This document shows positions 9,887 to 20,209 of a DNA stretch of 64,000 nt, piece after piece. Numbering within the stretch: position 1 is the first letter of the stretch; each line of letters starts with the position of its first letter. Position numbers and translations under genes: made by a program. The notes beneath the pieces were generated by a model. It had not been told where the DNA came from. It saw nothing but the letters and a program-made list of their open reading frames with translations, and made no database searches. Source of the stretch: an uncultured virus (IMG/VR IMGVR_UViG_3300009159_005817) (lineage: Duplodnaviria > Heunggongvirae > Uroviricota > Caudoviricetes); the IMG/VR virus record IMGVR_UViG_3300009159_005817, positions 1-64,000 of that record. One strand, 5' to 3'.

Positions 9887-10096
9887 ATGCAACCTTTCGT
9901 AATTACTCTATCCGCTAAAGCCGCAAAATCTTTTCTTAAAGATCTTCGATCAAATGCAATTTCATTACAAACCATCGTAGAAAAAACCCATTTTACGCAT
10001 TTCGGATTTATGGAAGATTCACCTAAACTCCAAATGGCAATTCATTTAGTGAAAGAAAGATTCGGTACTAAATCATTTTCAATTGAATACATCTAA
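9887..10096 (+). CDS. Hypothetical protein
   Basis: ORF directly after promoter cassette. Confidence 0.6.
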   Translation: MQPFVITLSAKAAKSFLKDLRSNAISLQTIVEKTHFTHFGFMEDSPKLQMAIHLVKERFGTKSFSIEYI

Positions 10097-10114
10097 TATT
10101 AAAACCAAAATCAT

Positions 10115-10534
10115 ATGAGCAATTACAAACAATGGATGAATCAAAAACAATCAGAAGTAAAAATAACAATTTCACCTTCTGATCTTGAGTACTCTGAAAT
10201 TATAAAAGAATATACATTACTTACTGGATCTACGAATTATTACGATAATCGTGATCTATACAATCAAATTACCAATAATATACGAAAGGTAATTATCTTA
10301 GAAAATGTTTCTTTAAACGAAGCTCAAACTTTCGCTGAACCTTTAAGAATTACATTCCCTAATCAATGTGTTTCACTTTATGCTGGTGAAAATTCATTCG
10401 TTGGTAATACCACTTGGAACGATCAATTAAAAATGTTTTTTGAATATCCAACATTTACGGAAATTGGAAAATCCATAATGGCAATCCGAAAAGAAGAAGC
10501 AAACGCAATGGGAATCGAAGCATCTTGGGAATAA
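10115..10534 (+). CDS. Hypothetical protein
   Basis: ORF in tandem array. Confidence 0.6.
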   Translation: MSNYKQWMNQKQSEVKITISPSDLEYSEIIKEYTLLTGSTNYYDNRDLYNQITNNIRKVIILENVSLNEAQTFAEPLRITFPNQCVSLYAGENSFVGNTTWNDQLKMFFEYPTFTEIGKSIMAIRKEEANAMGIEASWE

Positions 10535-10549
10535 TCAAAATTAATCTAT

Positions 10550-10684
10550 ATGCAATATATCAAAAAAATCTATCGTGCAATACGATGCAAATTTTGCGGA
10601 AAGAATATATCTTCCGTTGGTGCAGGAACCGAACCTCGACCTGAAATGTGTGAGCGATGCTATGAACATGGCGGAGATGAATAA
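10550..10684 (+). CDS. 44-aa zinc-ribbon-like protein (not in ORF track)
   Basis: MQYIKKIYRAIRCKFCGKNISSVGAGTEPRPEMCERCYEHGGDE*; two CxxC pairs; fills the intergenic gap. Confidence 0.6.
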   Translation: MQYIKKIYRAIRCKFCGKNISSVGAGTEPRPEMCERCYEHGGDE

Positions 10685-10755
10685 TTGTTAATAACTTTCC
10701 TACAAAACATTTTTTTATTCCACAAAAAAGTATTATATTTGTTATAACCAATTAA
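10685..10755 (+). promoter_or_regulatory. Repeated promoter cassette copy 3
   Basis: TTGTTAATAAC at 10685; TATATTTG at 10734. Confidence 0.8.
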
Positions 10756-10765
10756 AAAATAATCT

Positions 10766-11008
10766 ATGAATTCATTCTATGACAATCTAAAAGGCGTTGA
10801 AAAAGTAATGTACAAAACAAAATTCGACTTTCACATGAAATATTCTACCGGTGCTACCAAAGATTCTGCACATACTGCTGGTATTAAAGAGCTAGAAAGA
10901 CTTGGAAAAATGCGTAAAGAAATGGATCAACCACAAACTTATGTAGATCTTTCAACTGGTCGTAAATTTCGTTCAACCGAATCAGAACTTATATCACGTA
11001 ATTCTTAA
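10766..11008 (+). CDS. Hypothetical protein
   Basis: ORF after promoter cassette. Confidence 0.6.
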   Translation: MNSFYDNLKGVEKVMYKTKFDFHMKYSTGATKDSAHTAGIKELERLGKMRKEMDQPQTYVDLSTGRKFRSTESELISRNS

Positions 11009-11028
11009 CATCATATAAATTATAACTA

Positions 11029-11274
11029 ATGAAAAAATTACTCACATTTGCTCTTATCATTGTTTCTATTGCAACTTCATGTAAAGAGCCAAAAAGTAAA
11101 ACCGTTGTTAATCACATAGTTCAATCTATTGACACATCATTAAAATGGAATCCGACTATTCAACGAATGGAACCAATCTATGTTTATCATTATATAGATG
11201 GTGATAGTGTAAGAATGGCTGCTGATCGAATAAAAATCGGTGATACCATACCATACATATATTATAAATACTAA
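11029..11274 (+). CDS. Putative lipoprotein
   Basis: MKK + hydrophobic stretch + ATSC lipobox-like. Confidence 0.6.
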   Translation: MKKLLTFALIIVSIATSCKEPKSKTVVNHIVQSIDTSLKWNPTIQRMEPIYVYHYIDGDSVRMAADRIKIGDTIPYIYYKY

Positions 11275-11283
11275 TCTTTTCGA

Positions 11284-13119
11284 ATGAAAGTAACAGACAT
11301 AAGTAAAAAATACGAATTACTCGATGAAATACAGCACGTCTTAAAAAGACCTGGAATGTATATTGGTTCAACCAAACCACATCAATCATCCGAGTATTTT
11401 TTAGAAGATGGTAAATTTCAAAAAGAAGAAATTGAATTTAATCCAGGCTTTCTAAAATTATTTGATGAAATCGTTTCCAACTCGGTAGATGAATCTAAAC
11501 GTAATAAGACACTAGATACTATCGTTGTAAATGTAAACGAACAAACAAATGAAATTACCATTTGGGATAATGGTGGTATTCCAGTTGTTCAACATACTGA
11601 ACACAAACAATGGATTCCAGAATTAATCTTCTCAAATCTTCGTGCTGGTTCAAATTTCGATGATACTCAATCAAGAACCGTTGCTGGAACAAATGGTGTT
11701 GGTTCCACATTAACTAATATCTTTTCCAAGAAATTTACAGTAAAAACGGCAGATGGTAAAAATCAATACCTTCAAACCTTTTCCGACAACATGGGAAAAC
11801 GAACCGAAGCTAAGATTTCCAAATCTGATAGAAAATTTACTGAAATATCTTATATCGCGGATCTTCAACAATTTGGAATGAAATCAATTGGCGAAAAGCA
11901 TCTCAAAATGATGCGTAAACGTTTAATCGATATTGCCGCTGCAAATCCAGGACTTCGAGTAAATTTCAATAAAGAGAAATATCGTTTCAAATCATTTTTA
12001 GAATATGTTAAATTATACGTCAATGAAGCTTTATTCGAATCTTCAGAAAATTGGGAATTCGCTTTTGCACCATCAAACGGATCTTTTCAATCTGTTTCCT
12101 TTGTTAACTCCATTGAAACTAAGGATGGTGGAACTCATATCAATTACATCTTAAATCAAGCAGTTGAAAAACTACGAATTCTAATTAAGAAAAAACATAA
12201 AGTCGAGGTAAAACCAGCCGAGATTCGTAATCACATTTTTCTATTTGTTAATGCAACGGTATTCAATCCGGCATTCTCATCCCAAACTAAAGAAAAACTA
12301 ATTACCGAACCTAAAGATTTTGGATCTTCTCATATCATTTCAGATAAACTTGCAATGCGTATCTTTCAATCTGAAATTGTAAAATCATTACTTGATTGGA
12401 TAGATCGTAAAAAGGAAGCTGATGAAAGAGCACAACTTCGTAAATTAAACAAGAATTTAGATACCACCAAGATTCAAAAGCTAATTGATGCAAAATCTAG
12501 AGGTGATCGTGATAAATGTGTACTTGGTATATTCGAAGGAATGAGTGCATTAAGTGCCGTTCGTAAATTTAGAGAACCTCAATCATTCGGTGCATTTCCA
12601 CTCAAAGGAAAATTCCTAAATGTTAATGAACTAAAACCATCTGATGTTATTAAGAATCGTGAAGTAGTCGATCTTATGGGTTCGCTTGGACTTCGTTTAG
12701 GTGAAGCACCTGAAAATCTTCGATATGGTAAAATTTACATATATACCGATGCTGATCCAGATGGTGATGCAATCGCTGCATTGTTAATTAATTTCTTCGC
12801 TAAATTTTGGCCAGAATTATTTACTGAAAATCGCATCTTCCGTATTATGACTCCTATTGTGGTTGCTCAAAAAGGAAAACAAACCATGAGTTTCTATACT
12901 AACGAAGAATATCATAAATGGTTTAAAGAAATCGATCCAAAACCCTGGTCTATCGAATACAAAAAAGGTCTTGCATCTCTTGAAGATGTGGAATACAACG
13001 ATATCATTCGTAATCCAAATACTTTATTGCTTACTAGCGATAAATTATTCAAACAAACTTTATCTGAATGGTTCGGTGGAGATTCAACCCCTAGAAAAAC
13101 AAAATTGTTAAAAGCGTAA
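11284..13119 (+). CDS. gp39: Type IIA DNA topoisomerase ATPase/TOPRIM subunit (T4 gp39+gp60 / GyrB-like)
   Basis: HVLKRPGMYIGS, EIVSNSVDE, DNGGIP, GTNGVG, EGMSA, PLKGK, TDADPDG, YKKGL. Confidence 0.95.
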   Translation: MKVTDISKKYELLDEIQHVLKRPGMYIGSTKPHQSSEYFLEDGKFQKEEIEFNPGFLKLFDEIVSNSVDESKRNKTLDTIVVNVNEQTNEITIWDNGGIPVVQHTEHKQWIPELIFSNLRAGSNFDDTQSRTVAGTNGVGSTLTNIFSKKFTVKTADGKNQYLQTFSDNMGKRTEAKISKSDRKFTEISYIADLQQFGMKSIGEKHLKMMRKRLIDIAAANPGLRVNFNKEKYRFKSFLEYVKLYVNEALFESSENWEFAFAPSNGSFQSVSFVNSIETKDGGTHINYILNQAVEKLRILIKKKHKVEVKPAEIRNHIFLFVNATVFNPAFSSQTKEKLITEPKDFGSSHIISDKLAMRIFQSEIVKSLLDWIDRKKEADERAQLRKLNKNLDTTKIQKLIDAKSRGDRDKCVLGIFEGMSALSAVRKFREPQSFGAFPLKGKFLNVNELKPSDVIKNREVVDLMGSLGLRLGEAPENLRYGKIYIYTDADPDGDAIAALLINFFAKFWPELFTENRIFRIMTPIVVAQKGKQTMSFYTNEEYHKWFKEIDPKPWSIEYKKGLASLEDVEYNDIIRNPNTLLLTSDKLFKQTLSEWFGGDSTPRKTKLLKA

Positions 13120-13123
13120 ATAT

Positions 13124-14482
13124 ATGAAAGTAGCTGAACAGAAATCAAAATCGGTAACTGAATATCTGGATACCGAATATTTAAGTTATGCCAAGTATGT
13201 GGTGGAAAATCGTGCAATACCTTCGGTTATTGATGGATTCAAACCAACACAAAGAAAAATCATTTTTACTGCAAATCGAGCATGGAAGAATGGAACTGAA
13301 AAACCTTTTAAGATTTTTCAATTGAGCGGTAAAGTTGCAGTTGAATCTTTTTATCATCATGGTAATGCATCACTTGATGCTGCAATTATTGGTATGGCAC
13401 AATCATTTAAGAATTCACTTCCGCTCCTTGAAGAGATTGGTCAATTTGGATCTTTGCGATCTCCTGAAGCCGGTGCTCCTCGTTATATCTCAACTAAATT
13501 ATCTAAAAATTTCAGATTGATTTATAAAGACTTCGAATTACTTACTCCTCGAATGGAAGAAGGAAATGAAATTGAACCTGAATATTTCTTACCAATTATA
13601 CCTACTGTTTTATTAAATGGATCTTCCGGTATTGCAGTTGGATTTGCCACTAACATTCTTAACCGAAATCCAATTGATTTAATCGATGCTTGTCTTGCGA
13701 TTGTTAATGGAAAGAAATTTAAAGAACCTTTACCATGGTGGAGAGACTTTAACGGTAACGTTGAAAAAGTCGATGGCAGTGCATCATCATTTGTATTTCG
13801 TGGAATCTATGATGTAAAAGATACTACAACCGTAGAAATCACAGAACTTCCACCTTCAATGACTCTTGAGAAATATGATAATATTCTTAATGGTTTATTG
13901 GAAAAAGGAATCATTCGTCATTATGATGATAATTGTTCAAATGGAATTAGCTATACCGTAAAAATTGGTAGAGCAGAAATGAAACAACATGAACCTCGTC
14001 TTGAAGGTTATTTAAAATTAGCCGAAGCCGAAACAGAAAATCTAACTTGTTTAGATGAACGTGGTAAGCTAATCATTTTCAAAAACGTAAATGAAATTAT
14101 CAATTACTTTGTAAACTTCCGTCTAAGTTATTATGACAAACGAAAACAATATTACGTTGATCTATATACCCGAGACCTAACTAGATTATCAAATCGAGCT
14201 AGATTTATTAAAATGGTTGTTGATAGCAAACTAAAAATTAATAACGTTCCTAAAGCACAAATCGAAGCTGAATTAATAAAGAATAAATTCGATCAGCTAG
14301 ATGGATCGTTTACTTACTTACTTTCAATGCCTATTCATTCATTAACGAAAGAAAAAATCGATGAATTGCTTAAAGATGTTGAAACCAAAAAATCTGAAAT
14401 CGAAGAAATTCAAAAGTTAACTAAGGAAGAATGGTATAAACAAGACCTTATGGCTCTTAAAAAATCATTACAAACCAAATAA
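13124..14482 (+). CDS. gp52: Type IIA DNA topoisomerase breakage-reunion subunit (T4 gp52 / GyrA-like)
   Basis: RAIPSVIDGFKPTQRK, YHHG, AGAPRYI (catalytic Tyr), LLNGSSGIAVGFAT. Confidence 0.95.
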   Translation: MKVAEQKSKSVTEYLDTEYLSYAKYVVENRAIPSVIDGFKPTQRKIIFTANRAWKNGTEKPFKIFQLSGKVAVESFYHHGNASLDAAIIGMAQSFKNSLPLLEEIGQFGSLRSPEAGAPRYISTKLSKNFRLIYKDFELLTPRMEEGNEIEPEYFLPIIPTVLLNGSSGIAVGFATNILNRNPIDLIDACLAIVNGKKFKEPLPWWRDFNGNVEKVDGSASSFVFRGIYDVKDTTTVEITELPPSMTLEKYDNILNGLLEKGIIRHYDDNCSNGISYTVKIGRAEMKQHEPRLEGYLKLAEAETENLTCLDERGKLIIFKNVNEIINYFVNFRLSYYDKRKQYYVDLYTRDLTRLSNRARFIKMVVDSKLKINNVPKAQIEAELIKNKFDQLDGSFTYLLSMPIHSLTKEKIDELLKDVETKKSEIEEIQKLTKEEWYKQDLMALKKSLQTK

Positions 14483-14487
14483 TTCAC

Positions 14488-14748
14488 ATGAAAAAATATA
14501 TCATCATTGCGATTGCAGCCTTAATTATAGAAGCTGCTGGTACCATGTACATATCAACCGTTGCTGATAAAAGTATATCAATGATATTTTGGGCTTCTCT
14601 TGGTCCTTTCCTCGGTCTACCATTTGTAGGCTATATGGTTGAATCTAAAACTTGGAAAGACCGTATAAAAATGGCTTTAGCCTCTTCTACTGGTTTTACT
14701 ATTGGAGCGGCAATCATTTATGGAGTTAACAGCACTCATCTTTTTTGA
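14488..14748 (+). CDS. Small membrane protein
   Basis: Three hydrophobic segments. Confidence 0.6.
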   Translation: MKKYIIIAIAALIIEAAGTMYISTVADKSISMIFWASLGPFLGLPFVGYMVESKTWKDRIKMALASSTGFTIGAAIIYGVNSTHLF

Positions 14749-14969
14749 TGGCCTAGTAGATATATTCCCAATAAGTATTTTGATTATACTTCTCGGATCA
14801 ATAGATGACCACCTTTGTTTAATGATAATTTTGTTAAGGAAAAACTTTATCAAATAAATTCTGGTCATTAGAGTATCATATATTGAATCCATATTTTTAG
14901 ATTATAGGAATACTATAATCATATACTATTTTATTATAGTTCTTAGATATATAAAATAAAACCAAGGAA

Positions 14970-15212
14970 ATGAAAGAGAACAAAGATAGAAAATACCAAG
15001 TTCTACTCTCTCCTTCGGATGACCATAAATTAAAGAACATTATCATCAATTACTCATCGGTGAAAGGTCAATTAATGACGGCATCAGCTTATATTCGAGA
15101 TATGATTAACAATCATATAAGAGAATATGAAGGAGAACAAAATTCGTTTGTGAATGAACGAGTTAAAGAAATTATTCAAACAACAAAACAAAATTCAAAA
15201 AACGAAAATTAA
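14970..15212 (+). CDS. Hypothetical protein, possibly ribbon-helix-helix DNA-binding
   Basis: KYQVLLS strand followed by helices, SAYIRDMI. Confidence 0.5.
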   Translation: MKENKDRKYQVLLSPSDDHKLKNIIINYSSVKGQLMTASAYIRDMINNHIREYEGEQNSFVNERVKEIIQTTKQNSKNEN

Positions 15213-15215
15213 AAA

Positions 15216-16178
15216 ATGGAAAACAAAAATAATTATGAGGCAGGGATGAATGATTTAGAGAATCGTGAATTTCGCCAAGAAACGAAAATTGAAGAACAGG
15301 AAGTAAAACCTACTTCATTGGGTAAAGCTAGAGATTATACTGATCGTGGATCAGATGAAGCGGCTTTATTACCAGGTTATCATGAAATCTATGCAGAGCA
15401 ATTCCCATCAAAAGGAATTTTTTATCCAGAAGGAACTCGCTTTATGATTCGTGCAGCACAAGTAAAAGAGATTCGTCATTTCTCTACAATCGACGAACAA
15501 AATCCCTTTTCGGTAGATGAAGCCTTAAATGAAATTCTTAATGGATGTATGCAAATTCGTGTACCTGGCCGTCAAGCATCTTTTAAAGATCTTAAAGAAG
15601 AAGATCGTATATTCATAATCATGGCTATTCGTGAATTAACTTTCCTTAAAGGTGAAAATCGTCTAATGTTAAGTGTAACTTGCAAAGAGTGTAGTACTGA
15701 TAATGAACTTGATATTCGTAATGATGCATTTGAATCTACTAAATTAGAAGATACCATTATGAAATATTACGATCCAGAATCTCGTATATTTGATGTACAA
15801 ACTAAATCATCAGGTAATATTAAAATCTCTCCACCATCAATTGGTATCATGAGAGAAATTACTAAATATATTCAAAAGACTCAACAAGAAGGAAAGAAAA
15901 TCGATCAATCATTCGTTAAGGTTCTTCCTTACATGATTCAAGAATGGAGAGGATTTACTGAAGCATCCATTAAAAATATGGAAGTTGAATTTATGCGTTG
16001 GGATACTACTAAATATCAAACAATGAGTAAATTAACTGAAATGACTCGAATAGGGGTAAAAGAAGAGCTAAGTCATAATTGCTCAAAGTGCGGTACGGAG
16101 TTGCGCACTCCCATTAGCTTTCCCGGCGGTATCAAAAGTCTTTTCGTTATTTCAGATATCTCTGGAGAACTTATTTAA
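15216..16178 (+). CDS. T4 gp26-like baseplate hub / tail assembly chaperone
   Basis: FPSKGIFYP, CKEC and CSKC pairs, terminal GGIKSLF; position upstream of tape-measure-like gene. Confidence 0.65.
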   Translation: MENKNNYEAGMNDLENREFRQETKIEEQEVKPTSLGKARDYTDRGSDEAALLPGYHEIYAEQFPSKGIFYPEGTRFMIRAAQVKEIRHFSTIDEQNPFSVDEALNEILNGCMQIRVPGRQASFKDLKEEDRIFIIMAIRELTFLKGENRLMLSVTCKECSTDNELDIRNDAFESTKLEDTIMKYYDPESRIFDVQTKSSGNIKISPPSIGIMREITKYIQKTQQEGKKIDQSFVKVLPYMIQEWRGFTEASIKNMEVEFMRWDTTKYQTMSKLTEMTRIGVKEELSHNCSKCGTELRTPISFPGGIKSLFVISDISGELI

Positions 16179-16233
16179 GACTAAAACTTATTTACTTTAT
16201 CATCTACGACTACAGCCTTCAGAAATTGAAGGC

Positions 16234-16443
16234 ATGTCGTATTATGAGTACGAATATATCACACAGAACTTGATAGATATATTAAAGGAGAAACAAGATG
16301 CCGAAGAACGTTCTCATAAAGGACAATCTGATAGTATGAATGTTAATTCCATGATGAAAGACGCTAAAAAGAGTTTACCTTCAATGCCTAGCATGGGTTC
16401 ACTATCATCTTTCCCTGGAATTCCCTCCTCATTAAAAATATAA
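16234..16443 (+). CDS. gp51-like baseplate hub assembly / tail chaperone T-like segment; frame is open upstream to 16072
   Basis: In-frame upstream extension SLENLFKTKTYLLYHLRLQPSEIEGMSYYEYEY resembles T4-like gp51 small proteins. Confidence 0.55.
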   Translation: MSYYEYEYITQNLIDILKEKQDAEERSHKGQSDSMNVNSMMKDAKKSLPSMPSMGSLSSFPGIPSSLKI

Positions 16444-16450
16444 TTTGTAA

Positions 16451-19400
16451 TTGAGCGCTAGACAAGTAAATGCACAAGAAGCAATTGTTTCCATCACTAG
16501 CAAGATGGAAGCGATGCTTCAGCAAGTGCAAACCCAATATGATCAGTCAATTAATTTATTAACGTCATTAAATACAACAATGACGGTTGATGTTGGGCAG
16601 GAGCTTAAGAAGCAAACCTCCTTACTTATGTCCATTGAGGCTAAGATAGGAACCAATGGAGGTAGTGCTGGCGAAGATAAAATGTTAGGCAAGAATTTAG
16701 AAATTCTCTCTAAAGGATTGAGTAAACTTGTTAAAGCGGCTGAAAAAATTAAACCTAAAACTGGCGAACAAGTAAAAGAATTTTTAGGTAATATAGCTGA
16801 TGGTCTAGCTAGTTTAACTGATAAAATAGATGAAAAGAAAGCTGAAATTATAGCGAATACGGTTATAACTTTAGCAAAAGGTGTTCTTCTATTTGGATTA
16901 GCAATGACTCTATATGTAATACTCGGACCAACCGCAATGTTAGGTTCAATGCTATTTGGATTAACAATTAGACTCTTATTGAAATCTGCCGGAGAAGTAG
17001 ATGAAAATTCGCTTAAAGGAATTGTTGCAGTTGCTGCATTAGGTCTTGGTGTTATATATTTTGGATTAGCAATGGCTTTATATGCAGTTATTGGTATTCC
17101 TGCAATGCTAGGTGCTGTTTTATTTGGATTAACCGTTAGATTATTAGCTAAAACTGCCGGATTAAATGATCCTAAAGTTGCTGCTGGAATTGTCGGAATT
17201 GCTGCATTAGGTCTTGGAGCCATATATTTTGGATTAGCAATGTTGGGTTATGCAATTATCGGTATTCCAGCAATGCTAGGTGCTGTTTTATTTGGATTAA
17301 CCGTTAGATTATTAGTGAAAACAGCTGGTTTAAACGATCCTAAAGTTGCTGCCGGAATGCAAGCCTTAATAGGACTTGGTAAAGCTATTTTAATATTCGG
17401 TTTAGTTATGTTGGCTTATGCAATTATTGGTATTCCTGGATTGATTGGTGCTTTGGTTCTTGCATTAACTCTTAAACTTCTTTCGAAAAGTATTAAGTCA
17501 ATGGGATCTAATATGGTCAGAAAAGGAATTATAAATATGGCTTTAGGAGCTATTGCTATTATTCTTCTCGGATTAACTATTATATTATTTGCAAAAGAGG
17601 TTCCTATAATGAGTTCTCTTTATGTTATTCTTACCATTGGTGCATTTGCTTTAGCCTTCTATATAGTAGGTAAATTCTTTAATGATATATTAAAAGGAGC
17701 TCTTGCAGTTGCTGCTATAGGATTAGGTATATCATTCTTAGCCTTAGGTTTATTCTTTTATAAATCAGTTGGAATGACTTGGGAAGAAACCGCAATGTTA
17801 GGGGTTACTATCGCTGGTCTTGGATTAGTAATGGGAGGTGCTGGTGAATTCTTTATGGAAATTATTAAAGGATCCGCTGCAATGATAGTCGCCGGAATTG
17901 CTCTAATAGTTATTTCTGCGGGTTTACTTGTATTCGCTCAAACTAAATTAACATTTCAAGATGCTGCTATTCTAGGAGCTACCATCTTAGGACTTGGTGT
18001 TGTAATGGGAATTGCCGGTGCTGGACCGGTACCTTTATTTATTGCATTAGGATCTGCCGCAATGATTGTTGCTGGTTTATCTTTAGTAGTTCTTTCTCTT
18101 GGTCTTGGAGCATTCAAGCTAACCGGATTTAAAGTTGAAGATGCTTTATCTTTAGGAGCTGCTATAGGTGCAGTTGGTGTAACTATGGGTATTGCCGGAT
18201 TAGCCTCTCCATTTATTATATTAGGTAGTGCAGCAATGGCTATTGCCGGTGTTGCATTAATGCCTCTTGCATTAGGATTGGCCGTATTCAAAGCTATTGG
18301 TTGGAAAAAAGGAACCGATGATGAGAGTTTAAAATCTGCATTAGGTTCCGTAATATCTGGTTTTCTTGGAGGAGATATGCCTGGTGGTATTCTTGCATCA
18401 ATTAAATTTGCTGCTCAAGCGGCAGCTAGATCGGTTCTTCTATTCATAGCAATTCCGCCATTAATTCTTGCCGGTGTTGCTTTATTGTCTATCTCTTTAG
18501 GATTAGCCGCATTTAAGAAAGCCGGATTTACTTCTTCGGATTCTGCTAATATGGAAGCTGCTATTGGTGGTATCGTTGGAGCATTCTCATTAGTTACTGA
18601 TAAAGAACGTCAGAAGAAAATGGGAATCAATGTCGATTGGATGGATTTAATGATTGGTATTATGGCACTTTCACAAGCCGGAAATACTCTATCTTCATTA
18701 GCAAAAGGAATTCAAGCATTTGCTAATCTTTCAGTTATTGAATATGAGGTGGTTGGTGCTGGAACTAAAAATGCTAAAATCGTTCCTAAAGGAATTACCA
18801 AATTAAGCAAGTCCGATTTTGAATCAGCGGCTTATGGAATGGCACAAGTAATTGGGGCTATTGCCGAACCATTCGCTTTAGTTGGTAAATTAGAAAAGGG
18901 TACACCATCTGGAAATCCTTTCTATGATGCAATATTCGGTGGTGGATTTGTATCTGCCGGTATTGATGCATTATCAAGATCTGGAGATACTCTTGTTAAT
19001 TTAGCAAAAGGAGTACAAGCATTCGCTAATCTCGAAATAACTGAATATGAAGTAATTGGTGCTGGAACTAAAAATGCTAAAATAATTCCTAAATCGATTA
19101 CGAAAATGTCGCCGACAGATTTTGCTGCTGCCGGAGCCAATATAGCAAAAATTATTGCGGTTGTTGCCGAAGCATTCGCTAAAGTAGGTAAAGATGAAGC
19201 TGCATCTGAAGGAGTATTCTCTGGAGGATTCTTATCTAAAGGAGTCGAAGCATTAGCTAACATAGGAGAAAATCTACAAGGAATTACTGAATCGGTTATT
19301 AAAGTTGCAACAGGAACATTTACTCCAATGACTGCCGTTCAAGACGGAAAAGGTACTAAATTAGTACCTGGAACTCCTATTAAAATTTCTAAGGCAATGT

Positions 19401-20191
19401 TAGAAGAGGCTGCCAGAACAATTAATAGTGTTATAATGGTTCTAGGACAGGGAATGATGGACTTCGGAACATTCGTTGACGAGAATGAAGATTCTATCGA
19501 CGAAGCTATTGAATACATTCCTACAATGAGTGAAGCCTTAATGAAGATGGTAGAGGTTAATGAAAAATTCTCTAAGATAACAGATGCAGATAAAGGAGTT
19601 AAATCATTTACTAGTTTTAATCAAGCAGTAATGGATGCTTATGATCCAGCCAAGCAGAAAAATCTTCCTCAAACAGCAGGATATATGATGCTATTCGTTA
19701 AAGGTATTGAAAGACTTGCTGCACCGGCCGATCAATTAGGTAAGGTTGCATCTAACGTAGAACGTATAGAAGCAGCAATGAAAAATATCAAAACTCATGT
19801 TAATGGATTTGATATGGAAAGGCTTACTAAAACGGATTCTCTATTTAAGTCAATGGCGATTTTATCAAAGAATCCTGAAGCTATGGCTGCTAAAATTAAT
19901 GATACTCTTAAAGTTGCATTTGAAGAATTTGGTAAAGCTCTTACCGAAGCAATTAAAGAATCCGGTGGTGGTGGTGGCGGTGGCGGTGGTGGAATACTTG
20001 AAGGCGTTAAAGATATTTTGACTCCAGGTCCAGCAGGTGCTGCTCCAAAAGCTACCGATCCAAAAGGAAAGGCTGCTCCTGGACCTGCTCCTCTCACTGC
20101 AGAGGCGATTGGAGCTGCTATGTCGAAAGCTTTAAATGCCGCTTCAATTACCATAAAACCGGCAGCAAACGCGGTATTCAAAACCACCTAA
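16451..20191 (+). CDS. Tape-measure-like protein (1246 aa) with long hydrophobic Ala/Gly repeats
   Basis: Size, helical A/G/L-rich repeats, position after chaperone pair; TTG start. Confidence 0.65.
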   Translation: MSARQVNAQEAIVSITSKMEAMLQQVQTQYDQSINLLTSLNTTMTVDVGQELKKQTSLLMSIEAKIGTNGGSAGEDKMLGKNLEILSKGLSKLVKAAEKIKPKTGEQVKEFLGNIADGLASLTDKIDEKKAEIIANTVITLAKGVLLFGLAMTLYVILGPTAMLGSMLFGLTIRLLLKSAGEVDENSLKGIVAVAALGLGVIYFGLAMALYAVIGIPAMLGAVLFGLTVRLLAKTAGLNDPKVAAGIVGIAALGLGAIYFGLAMLGYAIIGIPAMLGAVLFGLTVRLLVKTAGLNDPKVAAGMQALIGLGKAILIFGLVMLAYAIIGIPGLIGALVLALTLKLLSKSIKSMGSNMVRKGIINMALGAIAIILLGLTIILFAKEVPIMSSLYVILTIGAFALAFYIVGKFFNDILKGALAVAAIGLGISFLALGLFFYKSVGMTWEETAMLGVTIAGLGLVMGGAGEFFMEIIKGSAAMIVAGIALIVISAGLLVFAQTKLTFQDAAILGATILGLGVVMGIAGAGPVPLFIALGSAAMIVAGLSLVVLSLGLGAFKLTGFKVEDALSLGAAIGAVGVTMGIAGLASPFIILGSAAMAIAGVALMPLALGLAVFKAIGWKKGTDDESLKSALGSVISGFLGGDMPGGILASIKFAAQAAARSVLLFIAIPPLILAGVALLSISLGLAAFKKAGFTSSDSANMEAAIGGIVGAFSLVTDKERQKKMGINVDWMDLMIGIMALSQAGNTLSSLAKGIQAFANLSVIEYEVVGAGTKNAKIVPKGITKLSKSDFESAAYGMAQVIGAIAEPFALVGKLEKGTPSGNPFYDAIFGGGFVSAGIDALSRSGDTLVNLAKGVQAFANLEITEYEVIGAGTKNAKIIPKSITKMSPTDFAAAGANIAKIIAVVAEAFAKVGKDEAASEGVFSGGFLSKGVEALANIGENLQGITESVIKVATGTFTPMTAVQDGKGTKLVPGTPIKISKAMLEEAARTINSVIMVLGQGMMDFGTFVDENEDSIDEAIEYIPTMSEALMKMVEVNEKFSKITDADKGVKSFTSFNQAVMDAYDPAKQKNLPQTAGYMMLFVKGIERLAAPADQLGKVASNVERIEAAMKNIKTHVNGFDMERLTKTDSLFKSMAILSKNPEAMAAKINDTLKVAFEEFGKALTEAIKESGGGGGGGGGGILEGVKDILTPGPAGAAPKATDPKGKAAPGPAPLTAEAIGAAMSKALNAASITIKPAANAVFKTT
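17030..17360 (+). repeat. 168-nt (56-aa) tandem repeat inside the tape-measure-like gene
   Basis: GCAATGCTAGGTGCTGTTTTATTTGGATTAACCGTTAGATTATTAG occurs near 17102 and 17270. Confidence 0.85.
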
Positions 20192-20209
20192 CCTAATAAA
20201 AAACAATAT

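Noticed and set aside
14677..14892. 71-aa minus-strand ORF partly filling the gap after 14748
   Set aside because: It is the only minus ORF in mostly free space, but has no motif or supporting signal; cannot be supported or excluded
14860..14960. AT-rich stretch with short TACTAT/ATAGT repeats as a possible replication origin
   Set aside because: Repeats are too short and irregular in an AT-rich genome; no iteron array
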